From Octopus bimaculoides (Eukaryota): a DNA stretch of 37,266 nucleotides. The stretch covers positions 110,589,524-110,626,789 of the forward strand of contig NC_068983.1 of NCBI RefSeq assembly GCF_001194135.2. The letters run 5' to 3'. Every line of letters begins with the position of its first letter. Position 1 is the stretch's first letter. Position numbers and translations under genes: made by a program. The notes under the pieces were generated by a model that was not told the origin of the DNA, did not search any database, and saw nothing but the letters and a program-made list of their open reading frames with translations. Of this stretch, positions 24,401-37,266 are shown in pieces.

Positions 24401-25017
24401 TAATATTGATGATGATGATGACGACGATGACGATGATGCTGATGATGATCAGGATCATGATTTCCTTCCATTCAAGGGTTATTTTCTAACAGAAAATCGC
24501 ATTAAATTTCAATAACAAATAAAACAGGAAGTAACAAATTTCTGTCGTGTGACAAAGGTCAACATTTTCAGATGAATTAGAGCCTCGGTTCTTTGTTTTT
24601 ATAATGTGAATCAAGAGACCAATCCAAAACAATATTAAATATATATTAAAATTAAAAAAGTAAAATAATAATTTGGTATGGCATAAACCTTGTCTGTGAT
24701 TAATGAGTACAGAAATAACACGCATTTATTTCTCCGATGAACGAATAAAAATTAATAACATAAAATTTGAGCTGAAATGCTGTGTTCATTTACCTTATAT
24801 TGATAACTTTTTGTTTATATTGTTACTAAAAAATTTAGCGATGTAAAAGTGTATTGTAGCATGAAGCATTGTAATATGTAAATGATACAAACATTTCAAA
24901 ACCATATGTGCGATGCAGGTGACATTTTAGGCAAATTATACTGGGTGATATCAATAAATGTAAAGGAAGAGAAAAGATATTTACAATTTTACATAAATTA
25001 ATACTTCGCGAGCGTTT

Positions 25018-25232
25018 AGGGTGGCGAGCTGACTGAATCGTTTTCACACCAGAAAAAAATGTTTAACGGGATTTCATCCGTTTTTACGTCTTCAATTCAA
25101 ATTCCGCTGAAGTCGACTTTGCCTTTCATCATTTCAGGGTCGATAAAAATAAGTACCAGTTGAGCGCTGGGGTCGATGTAACCGAATTGTTCCCGATATT
25201 ACTAGCCTCGTACCAAAATTTGAGTCCAATAT
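25018..25232 (+). mobile_element. Family B SINE, plus strand
   Basis: GGTGGCGAGCTGACTGAATCGTT...TTCAAATTCCGCTGAAGTCGACTTTGCCTTTCATC...GGTCGATAAAAATAAGTACCAG. Confidence 0.85.
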
Positions 25233-25795
25233 TTTGGGAGGCTTCTCCTTTCAAATATATAAAATAAATCCGGAGAAATGTCTTGGTAACGGCAGGCCAT
25301 TGTTGTGAGTTGTGCTGGTATATTTTCAAGCGCGCTTACCTTATTAGGGATGGTTTTGAAAGGATCCCGAGTGTGCATGACACTTGAAGTGTGAGAGTAA
25401 TTTTCCGTTAGATACCTTGACACACTTAAACGTTCATTTTTGAATATGCATGGTATATACACGACTCAGGTATAACATTGCGTAAGTGGGTGGCAGTGAC
25501 GTATAATCTGCACACGAAATAAAGGCACGCTGTATATTTGCATAAATAAAATGAACAATACAATAGTTTTCAACTAGCAATAACCACGCCTCGGATAACC
25601 CTCATTGGCTTAGAAACTCTGAATAGAAACTACAACAGAAACTCTATAGCGAGACAGTAGTGAAATATTTTATGTTTTCAAATTCTTATCCCATAATATA
25701 ATTTAGATGTAGATTATTATGTCCCGAAATTCTGAATGTCTTTGAACAATCTATGAATATCGACTGGCCGCGTTTATTATTTTAGGTTATCACAG

Positions 25796-26184
25796 ATTGT
25801 TGTTGTTGGTACTCCGTCGCTTACGACGTCGAGGGTTCCAGTTGATCTGATAAACAGAACAGCCTGCTCGTGAAATTAACGTGCAAGTGGCTGAGCACTC
25901 CACAGACACGTGTACCCTTAACGTAGTTCTTGGGAATATTCAGCGTAACAGAGTGTGACAAGGCTGACCCTTTGAATTACAGGCACAACAGAAACAGGAA
26001 GTAAGAGTGAGAGAAAGTTGTGGTAGAAGAGTACAGCAAGGTTCGCCACCATCCCCTGCCGGAGCCTCGTGGAGCTTTAGATGTTTTCGCTCAATAAACA
26101 CTCACAACGCCGGGTCTGGGAATCGAAACCGCGATCCTATGACCGCGAGTCCGCTGCCCTAACCACTGGGCCATTGCACCTCCA
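25796..26184 (-). mobile_element. tRNA-derived SINE (family C2) with (CAA)n tail
   Basis: Minus head GGAGGTGCAATGGCCCAGTGGTTAGGGCAGCGGACTCGCGGTCATAGGATCGCGGTTTCGATTCCCAG. The 3' region is shared with 16318-16495. Confidence 0.88.
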
Positions 26185-28424
26185 CTATCACAGACAAATT
26201 TAATTCTATCAACTATATTGTTGAATATTCTGTTGTACGCTTACTTCCAAAATATTAAGTAATTTTAATTCATAAAAAAATACTAAGTTGGAAACCATTG
26301 TTTTAATTTAGGTTTGTTGTGAAATTGAGAAATTGGCTGAAATTTCAAAAACGAGAGTTCTATCAAAAACGATTTTGAACTGGTCAGGAGAAATATAGTG
26401 GTGAAGAAGGATTGATTAATCAATAGGCTAACGTGCTCAGTGTATATATGTTTTAAGATCTAGGGTGAAAGAAAACGTACATTTGTCGTCATAATCAGAT
26501 CTCTTCTTTAGTTTCATGTTTTAAATCATTTATCAGTTTTGTGCTTCCGTCTACGGGAATAGGCTTAAGATGAAAGGTTGTAATAGCTGGAGATATCCTC
26601 TCTAAAACTGTCAATAGTTATTTCAGGAGTAATTAATCGCGATTGTTAAAGTATTTATTGTACAAGTGTAATATCGATTAAAATGTTCTGCCTTTTAACC
26701 CGAAACTTCCAGCTCTGTGTCACCATAATCGGCAAATTAATAATCAGATTAAATTTCTTTCGATTTTCTATATAGAGCTTGATTGATAGTTCAGCACGTT
26801 TACGATATATCATTTTTACACTGGGTAATTTTTGACTTCAGCATTTCGCATACATTTTCTAATACGCCGATTGCTATATTAAATATTTATTTTCAAAGAT
26901 TTTTTTCTTTACCTCACTGGATCTGTAATCTTCAGTTGTTATATATTCATAGAAAATTTTTTAAAAATCAATTTTTCATCCATATTTATTTTCTATTTTC
27001 ACAAATTCTAAACTTAACAGTGCTCACGGGCGTTAGACAATTTTTTAAAACCTTTGTGCTACTTGAAAGACACTAAACAGTTTTTATACTGAGACTAGTA
27101 ATATTCACCTTTTCAATCATGTTTCTTTAAGCTCAGATTCTAATTATTCAACATATAATTTATTTTATTTTATTTATTTATTTATTTATTTATTTATTTG
27201 CATAGTCACATATTGCTTCACCTTCACTTTGATGCGATCGGGTATTATTAATTTTTGGGTAAAAAGCGAAAACAGAACAAATTAGCAGTGAAATTTTCAG
27301 TAAAATTCTCGAAGTAGGGAAAATATTCATAGGGGAACACTGCAAGTTAGTGGACAGTTATAGAAATACCTTTATAACAGGAATGATACTCGTAACGTTA
27401 TTGTTGAACATGAATTTTATCTAAGAGTATCACAAAATAAACATACATATATTCACATTGGCTAGATCGATGAACGACATTGATAAAATGAAGTATGATT
27501 AAAAACTGTTAGCCGTTTCCTTTTATACATTGACTCAGATTGGCAAGGTCGGTATGAAACATTTTGTGCCTTTGAAGAAATGGACGATAACATTTACCTA
27601 TAATAATAAAGTTTTTTTTATGATTGTCACCAGTATTTTCACAAACTTCAAATTCCCTAGAGAGAATGAATGGCGATCTAAGTTGTAGATCTAAGATGTC
27701 AAATCAGACCTTCGTGCAGAAAATAAGTAATCACTTTTTCGAGTGTTTCGGAAAAGTTATTTCCAGAAGTCTCTTTTAAATCAAATCGATCCAATATCAC
27801 TAAAAATCAAATGAAAACTTAACTACAAATTGTATAAAATTATGTTTTAATGACCAATGTAGGTAAAAATGGCACTAATTCTATAATACATGTGATTGAT
27901 ATACAAAAATTATGTCCTTTGAATAATATACATATGCGTCAGTTAGAGGGACACACTGAATAAACACATACTGAATAAACACACACTGAATGAAAGTAGC
28001 GTTTGAATAAAAGCATAGCAAAATAAAACGGCATCACTAATAACCTCTAATACATTTTATAGTAATTGAATAGGATTATTATTTCGCACAAATTATATTG
28101 TTTAAATAATACTCACAAAAAAAAAATACTCAATGAATACTCGGGGTAAACAAAACCAAAGGAAACGAATTTTCATTAGAAGTAAAGGAAAATGACACGA
28201 AATTAAAATGCTGACAGAGTTATTTAAAACAACAACAAAAAAAGGTATGGGAAGAACCAAAGCAAAAGAAAACTGGGTGATTCAGAAAGTTACAAATACA
28301 CGGCTGTCGTACTTGCATTTTACTGATTACCTCAAGTGGAACTTCAAATTTGAAGACATGGTTTGAAATTACTAGTTTTGTGACTTTTAAAGAAATGGGT
28401 AAATACTACTCCTAACACTACACC

Positions 28425-28425
<1 letters not shown>

Positions 28426-28480
<55 letters not shown>

Positions 28481-28490
28481 TAATAATAAT
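28426..28490. repeat. (TAA)n microsatellite at the 3' end of the Tx1-like element
   Basis: Directly visible. Confidence 0.95.
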
Positions 28491-28494
28491 CGTT

Positions 28495-29585
28495 TCTTTA
28501 TTGGCAACAAGGGCCAAACACAAAACAAATAGGGACGATACAACCACACGTTCTAGTTATCCCTACCACCAGATGCACCTCAACAGACACCTCTCTTCTC
28601 AACTCTCCCGATTTAAAAACGAAACTTCAGAGTAGGGCAGAACCTCCTTCTCTATTCTCACTTTTGTTTTCAAGTGCAACTTTTTCAAGTGGAACTTGAA
28701 AATGTCAATGAAATCTTGGACGATGAGGAAAGTATTTGTCTTCAATCTTTTCACTCTCGTCGACCACACTATCACCTTTGCCACAGTCACCTGACAGAGG
28801 AAAACTGCCTTTCCTTCTCGGCCAAAGGAAGTTGAGCGGGGGGGGGGGTGAGGTCTTCACGATGGATTCGGTTGATAACCGGATCCATCCTAAACGCAAC
28901 TACAGCGGTTCGACAAAGCTCCACAATTCAGTAATGCACGAACAATTTGTCAGTCTGATAGCACTTCCGTGTCTGTAGAGCTTGTTTCGAACTACCAGAT
29001 TTCTCCGGTAGCATTTCCAGGCCAGCGATTTCTGGAAGTTATCCATCGGCCCTGGCCCCAAAGTCCGAAAAGACCAGTTAATCGATCCTTCCCGACGCCC
29101 AGAGTTTCCTCGAGGACATCGTCGCTCTTTCCCTTCACTAATCTCCTATAGAACTTCATAGTAGAACTTCCACTGACCGCATTGCCTGACTGGCAAAGAA
29201 CTTTGAGCGCTTGCTGACACTCCAGGGGCCAAAAACCTGTTCTTGGTCAACATTTGATCCAGGACTGTAGCTCCGTTAATGAGACGAGGAAAATCCTGTG
29301 TGACAATCGGCGATCACACCTTCTCAGCGTTAAGAAAATTCTGGAAATGTCACAGCCTCTGCGCGTGTCTGAGCACCATTTGCCACGGCATCCCCAGTCC
29401 TCCATTCAGCCGCTGTTGACAACAGATGAGCCACTAGACGAGCAGAACACGTACCTTCCACAGAAAGCAGAGAAGCAAACGCTCCAGGTTGATCAGCCAC
29501 GAAGACAGGCAAGAAACGACGGTCAGGCGGCAGTAGATGGCGGAGGCGATTTACTCATTCGCCACCTCCACCTCTTGTCTACCTG
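28495..29585 (-). mobile_element. L1/Tx1-clade 3' fragment (post-RT region, zf-RVT-like region, 3' end), degraded
   Basis: Minus-strand frames give FQKSLAWKCYR..L.VRNKLYRHGSAI and VAKVIVWSTRVKRLKTNTFL...FKFHLK, then AATAAA just before an (ATT)n tail. Confidence 0.78.
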
Positions 29586-29592
29586 GTATCAT

Positions 29593-29613
29593 TTATTATT
29601 ATTATTATCATTA

Positions 29614-29698
<85 letters not shown>

Positions 29699-29724
29699 CA
29701 TTATTATTATTATTATTATTATTA
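29593..29724. repeat. (TTA)n microsatellite
   Basis: Directly visible. Confidence 0.97.
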
Positions 29725-29727
29725 CTT

Positions 29728-30062
29728 AATTTTTTCCAAAAGGGCAGCTCGGGGGAAGTGGGAATAAGTCGATTACATCAACACCAGTGTTCAAATGGTA
29801 CTTACATTATCGACCCCGAAAGGATGAAAGGCAAAGTCGTCCTCGGCGGAATTTGAACGTAGTGACAGGCGAAATACCACAAAAAAAATAACCAGAATCC
29901 GTACTACTACTACTACTACAACTCATGATAATGATGATGATGATGAAGATTTCAAATTTTTGTACAAGACCAGCAATTTTCAGGGAGGGTGTAATCGATT
30001 ACATCGGCCCCAGTCCTCAACTGGTACTTATATTATCGACTCCAAAAGAATGAAAGGCAAAG
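29728..30062 (-). mobile_element. Two truncated family B SINE pieces (about 29728-29880 and 29950-30062)
   Basis: GGTACTTA..TTATCGACCCCGAAAGGATGAAAGGCAAAGTC motif present twice. Confidence 0.8.
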
Positions 30063-33000
30063 TGTTGTATCAAAAGAGTATGGAACCTACGATACTGACC
30101 TGCTTCTTGGCCTCACAAGCTAAGTCTGCTGCTACTTATGATGATGAAGGTTTTTGCATTGGCCACAAGAACTCAGAAGACGAAGGTAGTACAAAAAAAA
30201 AGGGAAAATAGAAATGCGGTAAAGGATTTGAGTCTGATATGTAAAAAAAAAAGAAGAAAAGACGGGAGTAAACCCAGTACCGAAAAATTCAAATAGAATC
30301 CTCAATTAGAGCAACAGTTATGATTGAACAGTTATGATTATAACTGAACAGTTACGTTTAGTCACGTCAATCTTAGGAAATCTCAATGAACATGAATATG
30401 AAAAGAAGAATCCTGTCAAACTTATTTCTTGGCCAACAGACGTATGCTTAAAGTAGATCCGTTCATATATTCTACATTCTACACTCACCTACACTCACCT
30501 AACTTTCAAAGAATGTATTGCAGCTGGCATCTCCCTCTGTATTTTCCCCTCTGCTCCAAGGTACATTGGAAGCAGCTGACGAAGATTTGACCGAAGAAGG
30601 AAGTGTTCGTTTTAATTCATTTAATCTCTTCCACCACACAACTTCTTTCACCACAAACACAAGAAAGTGCCTGCATTTCTCTCGGAACGTGATGGAGCAA
30701 CTTTTACAAAGGACTCGGATGATATCTGCATCAAATCTACGAGAGGTAAACATTTTTGGTGTAAATGCAAAAGGTTTCATTTCATTTCATACACACCTCT
30801 GAATGATTTGAAATAAACCCTTAATTCTACCGTTAAATCAGAAACCAGGAGATGAATATATGAGGTATACAGACCGTGTAATGAACATCTATTTTATTTA
30901 TTACATTAGATTATTAAACATAAGATACATTGTTGAACTAATATCAAGAGCTTTTAAAACTAAATGATCACGTGGGGCAATACAAACATGCTAAACAAAG
31001 AAATGATGCCAGTAAGTATAACTGATACATGTATCAGATATTCTTACATATAAAATATACTGTTTCAGTAGCATACTCACACGTGAAAACAAGTTTCCAA
31101 TGAAAAAATACTGTGTCTAATAGAACAATCTCTTGTAAATAAAGAAAAATAACACAAAAACTATTAATTTCAAACAAAGGAAATCGAAACAATTGTGAAG
31201 TAAAACCAACACCATACGAATTAAGTCTATGGATATATAAAACAAAATAAAAAAACCTGAATAGCCGACTCAGGACGTATAATAAATTTCATAGCATGAT
31301 TCTAATCGGATCATGACAAGAAAGTAATGTAACACGTAATATAGAAGTAGTTAACTTTGAAAATGTTAATACTGAACAAAGACACATATCACTTTCTACT
31401 TGCCTCCAAGATAAACATCTAACAAACAACTTTGGACCAATGGATGTTGCATTGAATTGTCACGTTGCAATTACATATTGACCCTGCATTCAACATTCTG
31501 ATAGAAGAGAAGTACGGGTTATGGAGTTTAAAAATAAAGAACTAAATTACAATGTCCCTGTGAGTGCACCTACATATCTACAGAATTGTACAATGAACTA
31601 AATAAAATCCAAAACGTTAGAATTAGACATTTCATAAAAGAAAGAATGAAAAAAATATGCAACAACTGAGTGCAGGTAGAAAGTTGAGCAACAAAACTTA
31701 TTAAAGGATCTGAACAAGACATACAACATACAAAACAGAAAAGGCACCATAACGACAAGAAGCAAAAATATCAGAGAAACGCATGCTTACGAATTATGAG
31801 CTCTCATAACATTACAAATGGTATAGAATGTAGCTTACATGATACAAGAAGTTACTGCATTGCAAGATACAAACGAAAATCATTAAAAAGGATCTGAAAA
31901 TGCAATATGGTTTATGGAAAACAATCACTGAAATACATGTGCACAGCAGATTTTCACACTTAAAATAGGATATAAGAAATTTTGTAACAAATCCACCATA
32001 CCTAACAACGAAAATTGTCTAACATAAACATACAAGGAAGTCGAAGAAAACATAGCAGAACGGATAAATATGGATCAACGTAAATACCTGAGCCTGGTAC
32101 ACTTGAAAAAGCAGCTCCCGATGAAATTATTATGAACACCGTCAACAAATTAAAAAATACCTACTCGATTGTAGAAATGATAACAGCGAAAGAAAGGAGG
32201 TTTTTATTCTAAGAGAGATTAGACCCTGTGAAGCTCGCTAAACACCATAAATTTGCGACGAGATGCACAACATAAATTTGACAACAAAAAAACAAAGAAA
32301 AGAAAAACGATTATTTCTTTTTTTTTTTAGAAAAATGGAAAAGATCCAAAGTGAAAATGTATTTAAAGACATTCCAAAATATCTGTAAAAATGATGAAAG
32401 CGTACATATTTAGAAGAAAGGAAAATTTTAGCGCTTTTCCCAGAACAAGGTATTCGAATCAAATTCCTAAACATTCTACAGTGACATTAATATAAAAGAA
32501 CTGTAATGAATTCTGAACTGCAAGCAACAAGAAACCCTTGACGGTGACGTAGTCGTAGCTTTTAACTGAAGTAAGCGATTATTACTGTGAGGGCGGAAAT
32601 CTCCGAACTGTTAAGTAGACAAGGATTGATTGCTTTAGGTGAAAATAGTTTTAAAATAATCCCGTTCAAAATTAATAGAGATCCTGAATAGTACACACCT
32701 ATCGCTTGCTTCACAACAACGTGGATACAAAAAAATTTTTTCATCAACAATCTGATTACGCATTTGGAGAGCAATATTATGCAAGAAGAGTAATTACCGT
32801 AGGTTTGAAGAGCATCTTTACCGCCATACATTCCTTTTCAGGATATTATAGTAAACAATAAAAAAAACAAAAGCACTTCTGTCATTAATGAGAAGTGATT
32901 ATCAAATAGTAAATAATAGTACACAGCATTCTTAAATGCTGCGTGCAAACTTATATATCAAGCAGCCTCATTACGAAGAAATTTTTTCAAACGGGCCCAC

Positions 33001-33249
33001 TTATATTGAAAAAGAATGATTTCATTGCAAGGTGATAGGAAGATAATCAAACTTATTCCTAAGCCGTTAAGAATATTCATCCTACAGAAGATTCATTACA
33101 GTTTTTGCTATTTTGCCTAAATTTGATTTCATTATCTGAACAGAACTGCAAACGACTGCAAAGCAGAAATACCGAAAAGGACGAGATGAATACGTTTCTA
33201 TTCAAAATGAGAGAAAAGAAGTCTTAACTACGTAGACGTTTGGATGCTA

Positions 33250-33460
33250 TTATACAAGATAAATTAATACAATGCGTTACCAAAGCTAGCATAATATCAA
33301 TAATTGAAAGCAATACTTAAAAGAAAGAATGCACTAATAAAAATATAAAACAAATACTTGTTTAGTCGTATTGAATCGAAAACGTGTTTGTGAACAGAAC
33401 AAATACTTCGACTTCGATCAAAAACGCTTTTATTCAGAACTAGGTAACACATAGACAGCA
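33250..33460 (+). mobile_element. Old R4-like non-LTR remnant (pre-RT linker)
   Basis: RKRVCEQNKYFDFDQKRFYSELG resembles the QN..F..NQK.FY..L motif upstream of the RT in R4-clade ORFs. Confidence 0.4.
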
Positions 33461-33739
33461 CTGGCTTCATCAACAATGACTTTCTTTAAAAGCAACGGAC
33501 TGAGTAACAACAATTTGAATCCTCAAATCATCATAAATACAACATAATGTAGAAACTAAGAAAGCACCATTTATCGATACAATTCCAAACTTATGGTTCT
33601 AGCATTTAACCAGAAATATATATATTACTAGCAATGACTTTTACTAAAATATTTGCTGAACTACAGGCATCTTTCACGCTCTTTGCGGGACTATTATCTC
33701 CGTCGTACCCGACAAAATTTTCCTGCCTCTTAATTTTAA

Positions 33740-34625
33740 TATACTCAGGAGGAACAGGGAAATGGTGATGGGGCTGCTAAAGATGAGGAACAGGAACGTT
33801 ATACAGTAAACACTGATACTGTGGTTCGTGGAGATGCAGGGGAAATGAAGCAACTAGATAATAAATTGCTTGAAATTCAATGACAACTCACCGACTCGGT
33901 GGATGTTCCAGAAAAAAAAAATCCCCGTGAATATGAGAAGGGTAGGAGTATGATAAGTAAAGTAACACAAAAATAAATACTGTCATACCATCCATCCAGA
34001 CAGGGGACATTACACAAACAAGGTATTTTCTCCGAGCTATTGCACTATTTGTTGAGGAGAAATTATTATTTAAGAGAACAAAAAAATGGTAGAGCAAAAG
34101 AACCATGGTGGAAACGCCGCATCGAACGGGACATAATGTGAGCAAGGAAAAATCGAGCAATGGTTAAGAGGAAACTGGAAAAATGGGAAAAAGACTGACC
34201 GAGGAAAATTAGAGAAGAAATATAAAATATGGCAGAAAGGGCTTGATGCAGCAATAGAGCAGAAAAAAACTGAGGATCATGGCAAAAAGCTAGAGGATCA
34301 GAAGAGTTTTGAACAGAATGAAGCAGTTCGAGGAGAACAGACATGACAGAGTTGGGACCTGTATACACTGGAAGCTAGGCTAACAATATGGAATAACAAC
34401 AGAAAAAAGATGATATAGCCACACGTCAGAAAATGTCACAGAAAATGAGAAAGCTACCATATGCTAATACATACAGATAAAAAATTAAGGCCAGTAGGCC
34501 GGATATAATTGTCAGAGATCATCAAGAAAAAATGCCTTCTAATCGATGTGTCAATACCAACAGATGACAATGTCTTTCTAAAAGAAATGGAGAAACTTTC
34601 AAAATACAAAGACCTGGAAATTAAG
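33740..34625 (+). mobile_element. Internally deleted R4/Dong-like element (N-terminal/linker region joined to the REL domain)
   Basis: KEPWWKRRIERDI in the 5' part. The 3' part has RPDIIVRDHQEK followed after a frameshift by KCLLIDVSIPTDDNVFLKEMEKLSKYKDLEI. No RT motifs lie between. Confidence 0.78.
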
Positions 34626-34862
34626 TTAATTCGGAGAATATCTGAAATAAACTCGACTGCTCTCGCAAACGAAAATACTAAAAGTGAAACCGACCGCTCT
34701 CAAAAACAGAAGAAAAAAGTAATCCAGAATCCTTTCTCGGTACCACGTCCATTCCAAAAGCTAATCAGTTCGTGCCAATCACGGGGCCAAACATCCCAGA
34801 AAATTTCATCTGAATCTATCCAGCGGTACTTGTGATACAAACAAACAAACAAACAAACGCGA
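34625..34862. mobile_element. Possible DINE-1/Helentron-associated-like non-autonomous repeat end
   Basis: AAATTTCATCTGAATCTATCCAGCGGTACTTG followed by (ACAA)n resembles the AAATTTCATC..AATC....CAGC.GTT plus tetranucleotide motif seen in such repeats. From memory, not searched. Confidence 0.35.
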
Positions 34863-35492
34863 TTGAAAGCAATAAGAGCGTGCATAACGATGTAAACATT
34901 GGAAGAAGCACACCTTTAGTTTATATAAGTAATATCTATCATTATATATAATTTAAATATTAATTTTCTTTTTACATTTCACATTCACTAGATATATCTT
35001 TTTCCAAGACTTTGGGTTTTATCTAATTTATATATCGTTATATACTTCTCATTTATTTGCTTTTTTCTTTCCTTTACCCCCTCCTCTTTCTATTGGCTAC
35101 CTTTGACGTTTTATCTTCTAACGTTTTTTTTTTAAAAAAACTTAATAGCGTTCAGTTCATCACTTTACATTTCCATCATATTCTGTTAAATTCTCTTATT
35201 GACGAGATTTATTTCTTCATTTAGCTGAAGAGAAGATTACACCATTTTATTCCTTTGGAATAATATCAGTGACATCTTCGAAACATGTGTGGGAAGTAAA
35301 ATAATTTGAATAACACCTGCATTTAACTCCATTTATTTATTTATATATATTATACAAAATATTTCGCATAAACCCGGAGTTTCTCCCTTTAAAAAGGAGT
35401 TATACCCTTTTTACTTGTGTGATGTTTTTGCTACCCTTGTAACTATTTATCTATTTTTTCCGTGTTAATTGTAAACAAGGGAAAAATACACA

Positions 35493-35493
35493 C

Positions 35494-35588
<95 letters not shown>
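35493..35588. repeat. (TCTA)n plus (TC)n microsatellite before a gap
   Basis: Directly visible. Confidence 0.95.
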
Positions 35589-35711
35589 NNNNNNNNNNNN
35601 NNNNNNNNNNNNNNNNNNNNNNNNNNNNNNNNNNNNNNNNNNNNNNNNNNNNNNNNNNNNNNNNNNNNNNNNNNNNNNNNNNNNNNNNNNNNNNNNNNNN
35701 NNNNNNNNNNN

Positions 35712-35746
<35 letters not shown>

Positions 35747-35799
35747 ATTTTTACTTATTTTATTATATTTGATTTGTGTGTATTGGTGGATGTAGTTAA

Positions 35800-36300
35800 A
35801 GGGGGTAGAAGGAGCTCCTACGTTTAATAAAGCCGTGGGGAAGGCAATCTGTCTAGGAGAAGGTAACTCCGAATTGAAATCCTTCACTGCTCTCTTGTAG
35901 TTAGCCTTTGGTTGGATAAAGACTGAGAGAAGGATAATCTGATATAAAACCAAAGGAGAGGTTAAACTCCGGGATAATAAAACATGTGACCTCCTTAATC
36001 ACCGAGTCATCTTGCCTTGGTTTGATACTGGATATCAGATGTTGGTGAGGAGTTAGTGCTATACGTTTCGTACAAGCGTGTGGCATTGATATTTAAATGT
36101 ACAGCTATCTCTTCAAGTCCTACGGTGATGGAATAGTAGCAACATGTGCAGGCTTAACGGGCTGGGAGTGCATAGTCACGAATCTGCATGTGAGCGGCTT
36201 AGGGCCCATCTAACAGCAGCATGCCTCGATGAGGTCGAGAGCGTTTGAGCAGCCCCCTCTATGGTACACTGCTCACCCAGAAATCTGAGAAAAGTTTAGA
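35800..36300 (+). mobile_element. Possible RTE-clade LINE 5' UTR remnant
   Basis: GGCAATCTGTCTAGGAGAAGGTAACTCCGAATTGAAA resembles the CAGTCTAGGAGAAGGAAAACTCTGAATTCAAA motif I recall from RTE 5' UTRs. The region is relatively GC-rich and has no ORF. Confidence 0.4.
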
Positions 36301-36369
36301 AAAGATGATCCAAACAAATTACTGTTTTGCCATCAAGCTGGTCAGTAACCTGCAGCTGACGGTTGTTCA

Positions 36370-37060
36370 CAACAGCAGGAGGAATACAAAGAGAAATGTA
36401 AGCAAGAAATATAGATTATAGGTAGTATGGAACGTCAGGGCACTTCTTGATCATGCAGGGTCAAGTAAGGGTCACGGACAATTTGTTAACAAATTGTCCC
36501 ATCCGTGACACAGATTTATGCCAACAGGTAAATGTTGTGTATAGAATACAATGTAACAAATGCAACAAGTTGTATGTGGGTAGCACAACAAGACCGTTAC
36601 ACGTCCGCATCAAAGAACATCTGAAAACGAGAGCCTCATCCTTCAGAAAACATCTAGACAGATGCCGGAACACTGACAAATGCATAGCAGTCACAATTGA
36701 GGCCAATGAAAGAAATGTGAGTAATTGAAGAATTAAGGAAGCTTTACTCATACACAGACTAGGACCCCAAATTAGCAACAGGCTAGAGGTTGGTAATCAA
36801 TATATTATTTAGCTACATCTGGATGTGTGTAGGTTCATTCTTAATAACATGCTCGTGTATTGTTTATAACAAAAAAAAAAGAGGAAAAAAAAAGAAGCTG
36901 CACGTATAACACATAACTTAGAAGCAGCGCTAGAGATGTACCAACACACACGAGATTGAAACATAGCCGACCTCACGCACTTCTCATAAGGAATTCCGGA
37001 AGGAGCGTCGTGAGACCACTACTGAGACGCTTCCGAAAAAGAAAAAAAGAAAAGCCGTTG
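36370..37060 (+). mobile_element. Penelope-like retroelement 3' fragment (GIY-YIG endonuclease plus 3' region)
   Basis: CQQVNVVYRIQCNKCNKLYVGSTTRPLHVRIKEHL (VVY...YVG.T.R...R..EH), then after a stop RIKEALLIHRLGPKISNR. Confidence 0.85.
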
Positions 37061-37266
37061 GAAAACAGTTTATAGCAAAGACTCCATCTAAGAAAATCTG
37101 AAGAAGGAATTGTATTCCGAAATATCATCGGACTATGGATAACTAAATTACAATTGGTATATAGTCCATTTTTGTATTATAGTGCATTGTTGTACCATTC
37201 AAAACGTTTTATTCTTTACAAACAATACACAATGCTTCAAGCGAAATACAATACTTTCCTATATAT

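Noticed and set aside
26200-27900. AT-rich tract with a DNA-transposon-like feel
   Set aside because: No TIR pair, TSD or transposase motif found by eye.
30499-30802. Overlapping 93-94 aa ORFs on both strands
   Set aside because: Neither resembles a known family or has an ATG-to-stop gene context. Only the splice signals were kept, as a low-confidence finding.

Overview
AT-rich, microsatellite-dense eukaryotic genomic DNA with five assembly gaps, each flanked by (TA)n on at least one side. The tRNA-derived SINE families match my recollection of Octopus SINEs, so the source is probably a cephalopod (inference, no search run). No intact conventional protein-coding gene, rRNA, tRNA or CRISPR array is visible, and most long ORFs in the track are microsatellite or N-gap artefacts. 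The window is mainly a patchwork of decayed mobile elements: several R4/Dong-like (REL endonuclease) non-LTR fragments, two L1/Tx1-like fragments, a CR1/L2-group LINE, two Penelope-like GIY-YIG fragments, about 11 SINE pieces, a mariner-type MITE and a putative long-TIR element. Three observations stand out. (1) A two-exon small ORF at 11233-11654, in a repeat-free island, splices in frame into a signal-peptide-like 40-aa product. (2) The CR1-group LINE has an inverted 5' segment with a 19-bp duplication and microhomology at the breakpoints, resembling twin priming. (3) An R4-like element has an antisense Tx1 fragment where its RT core should be. Element boundaries are approximate unless a sequence is quoted.
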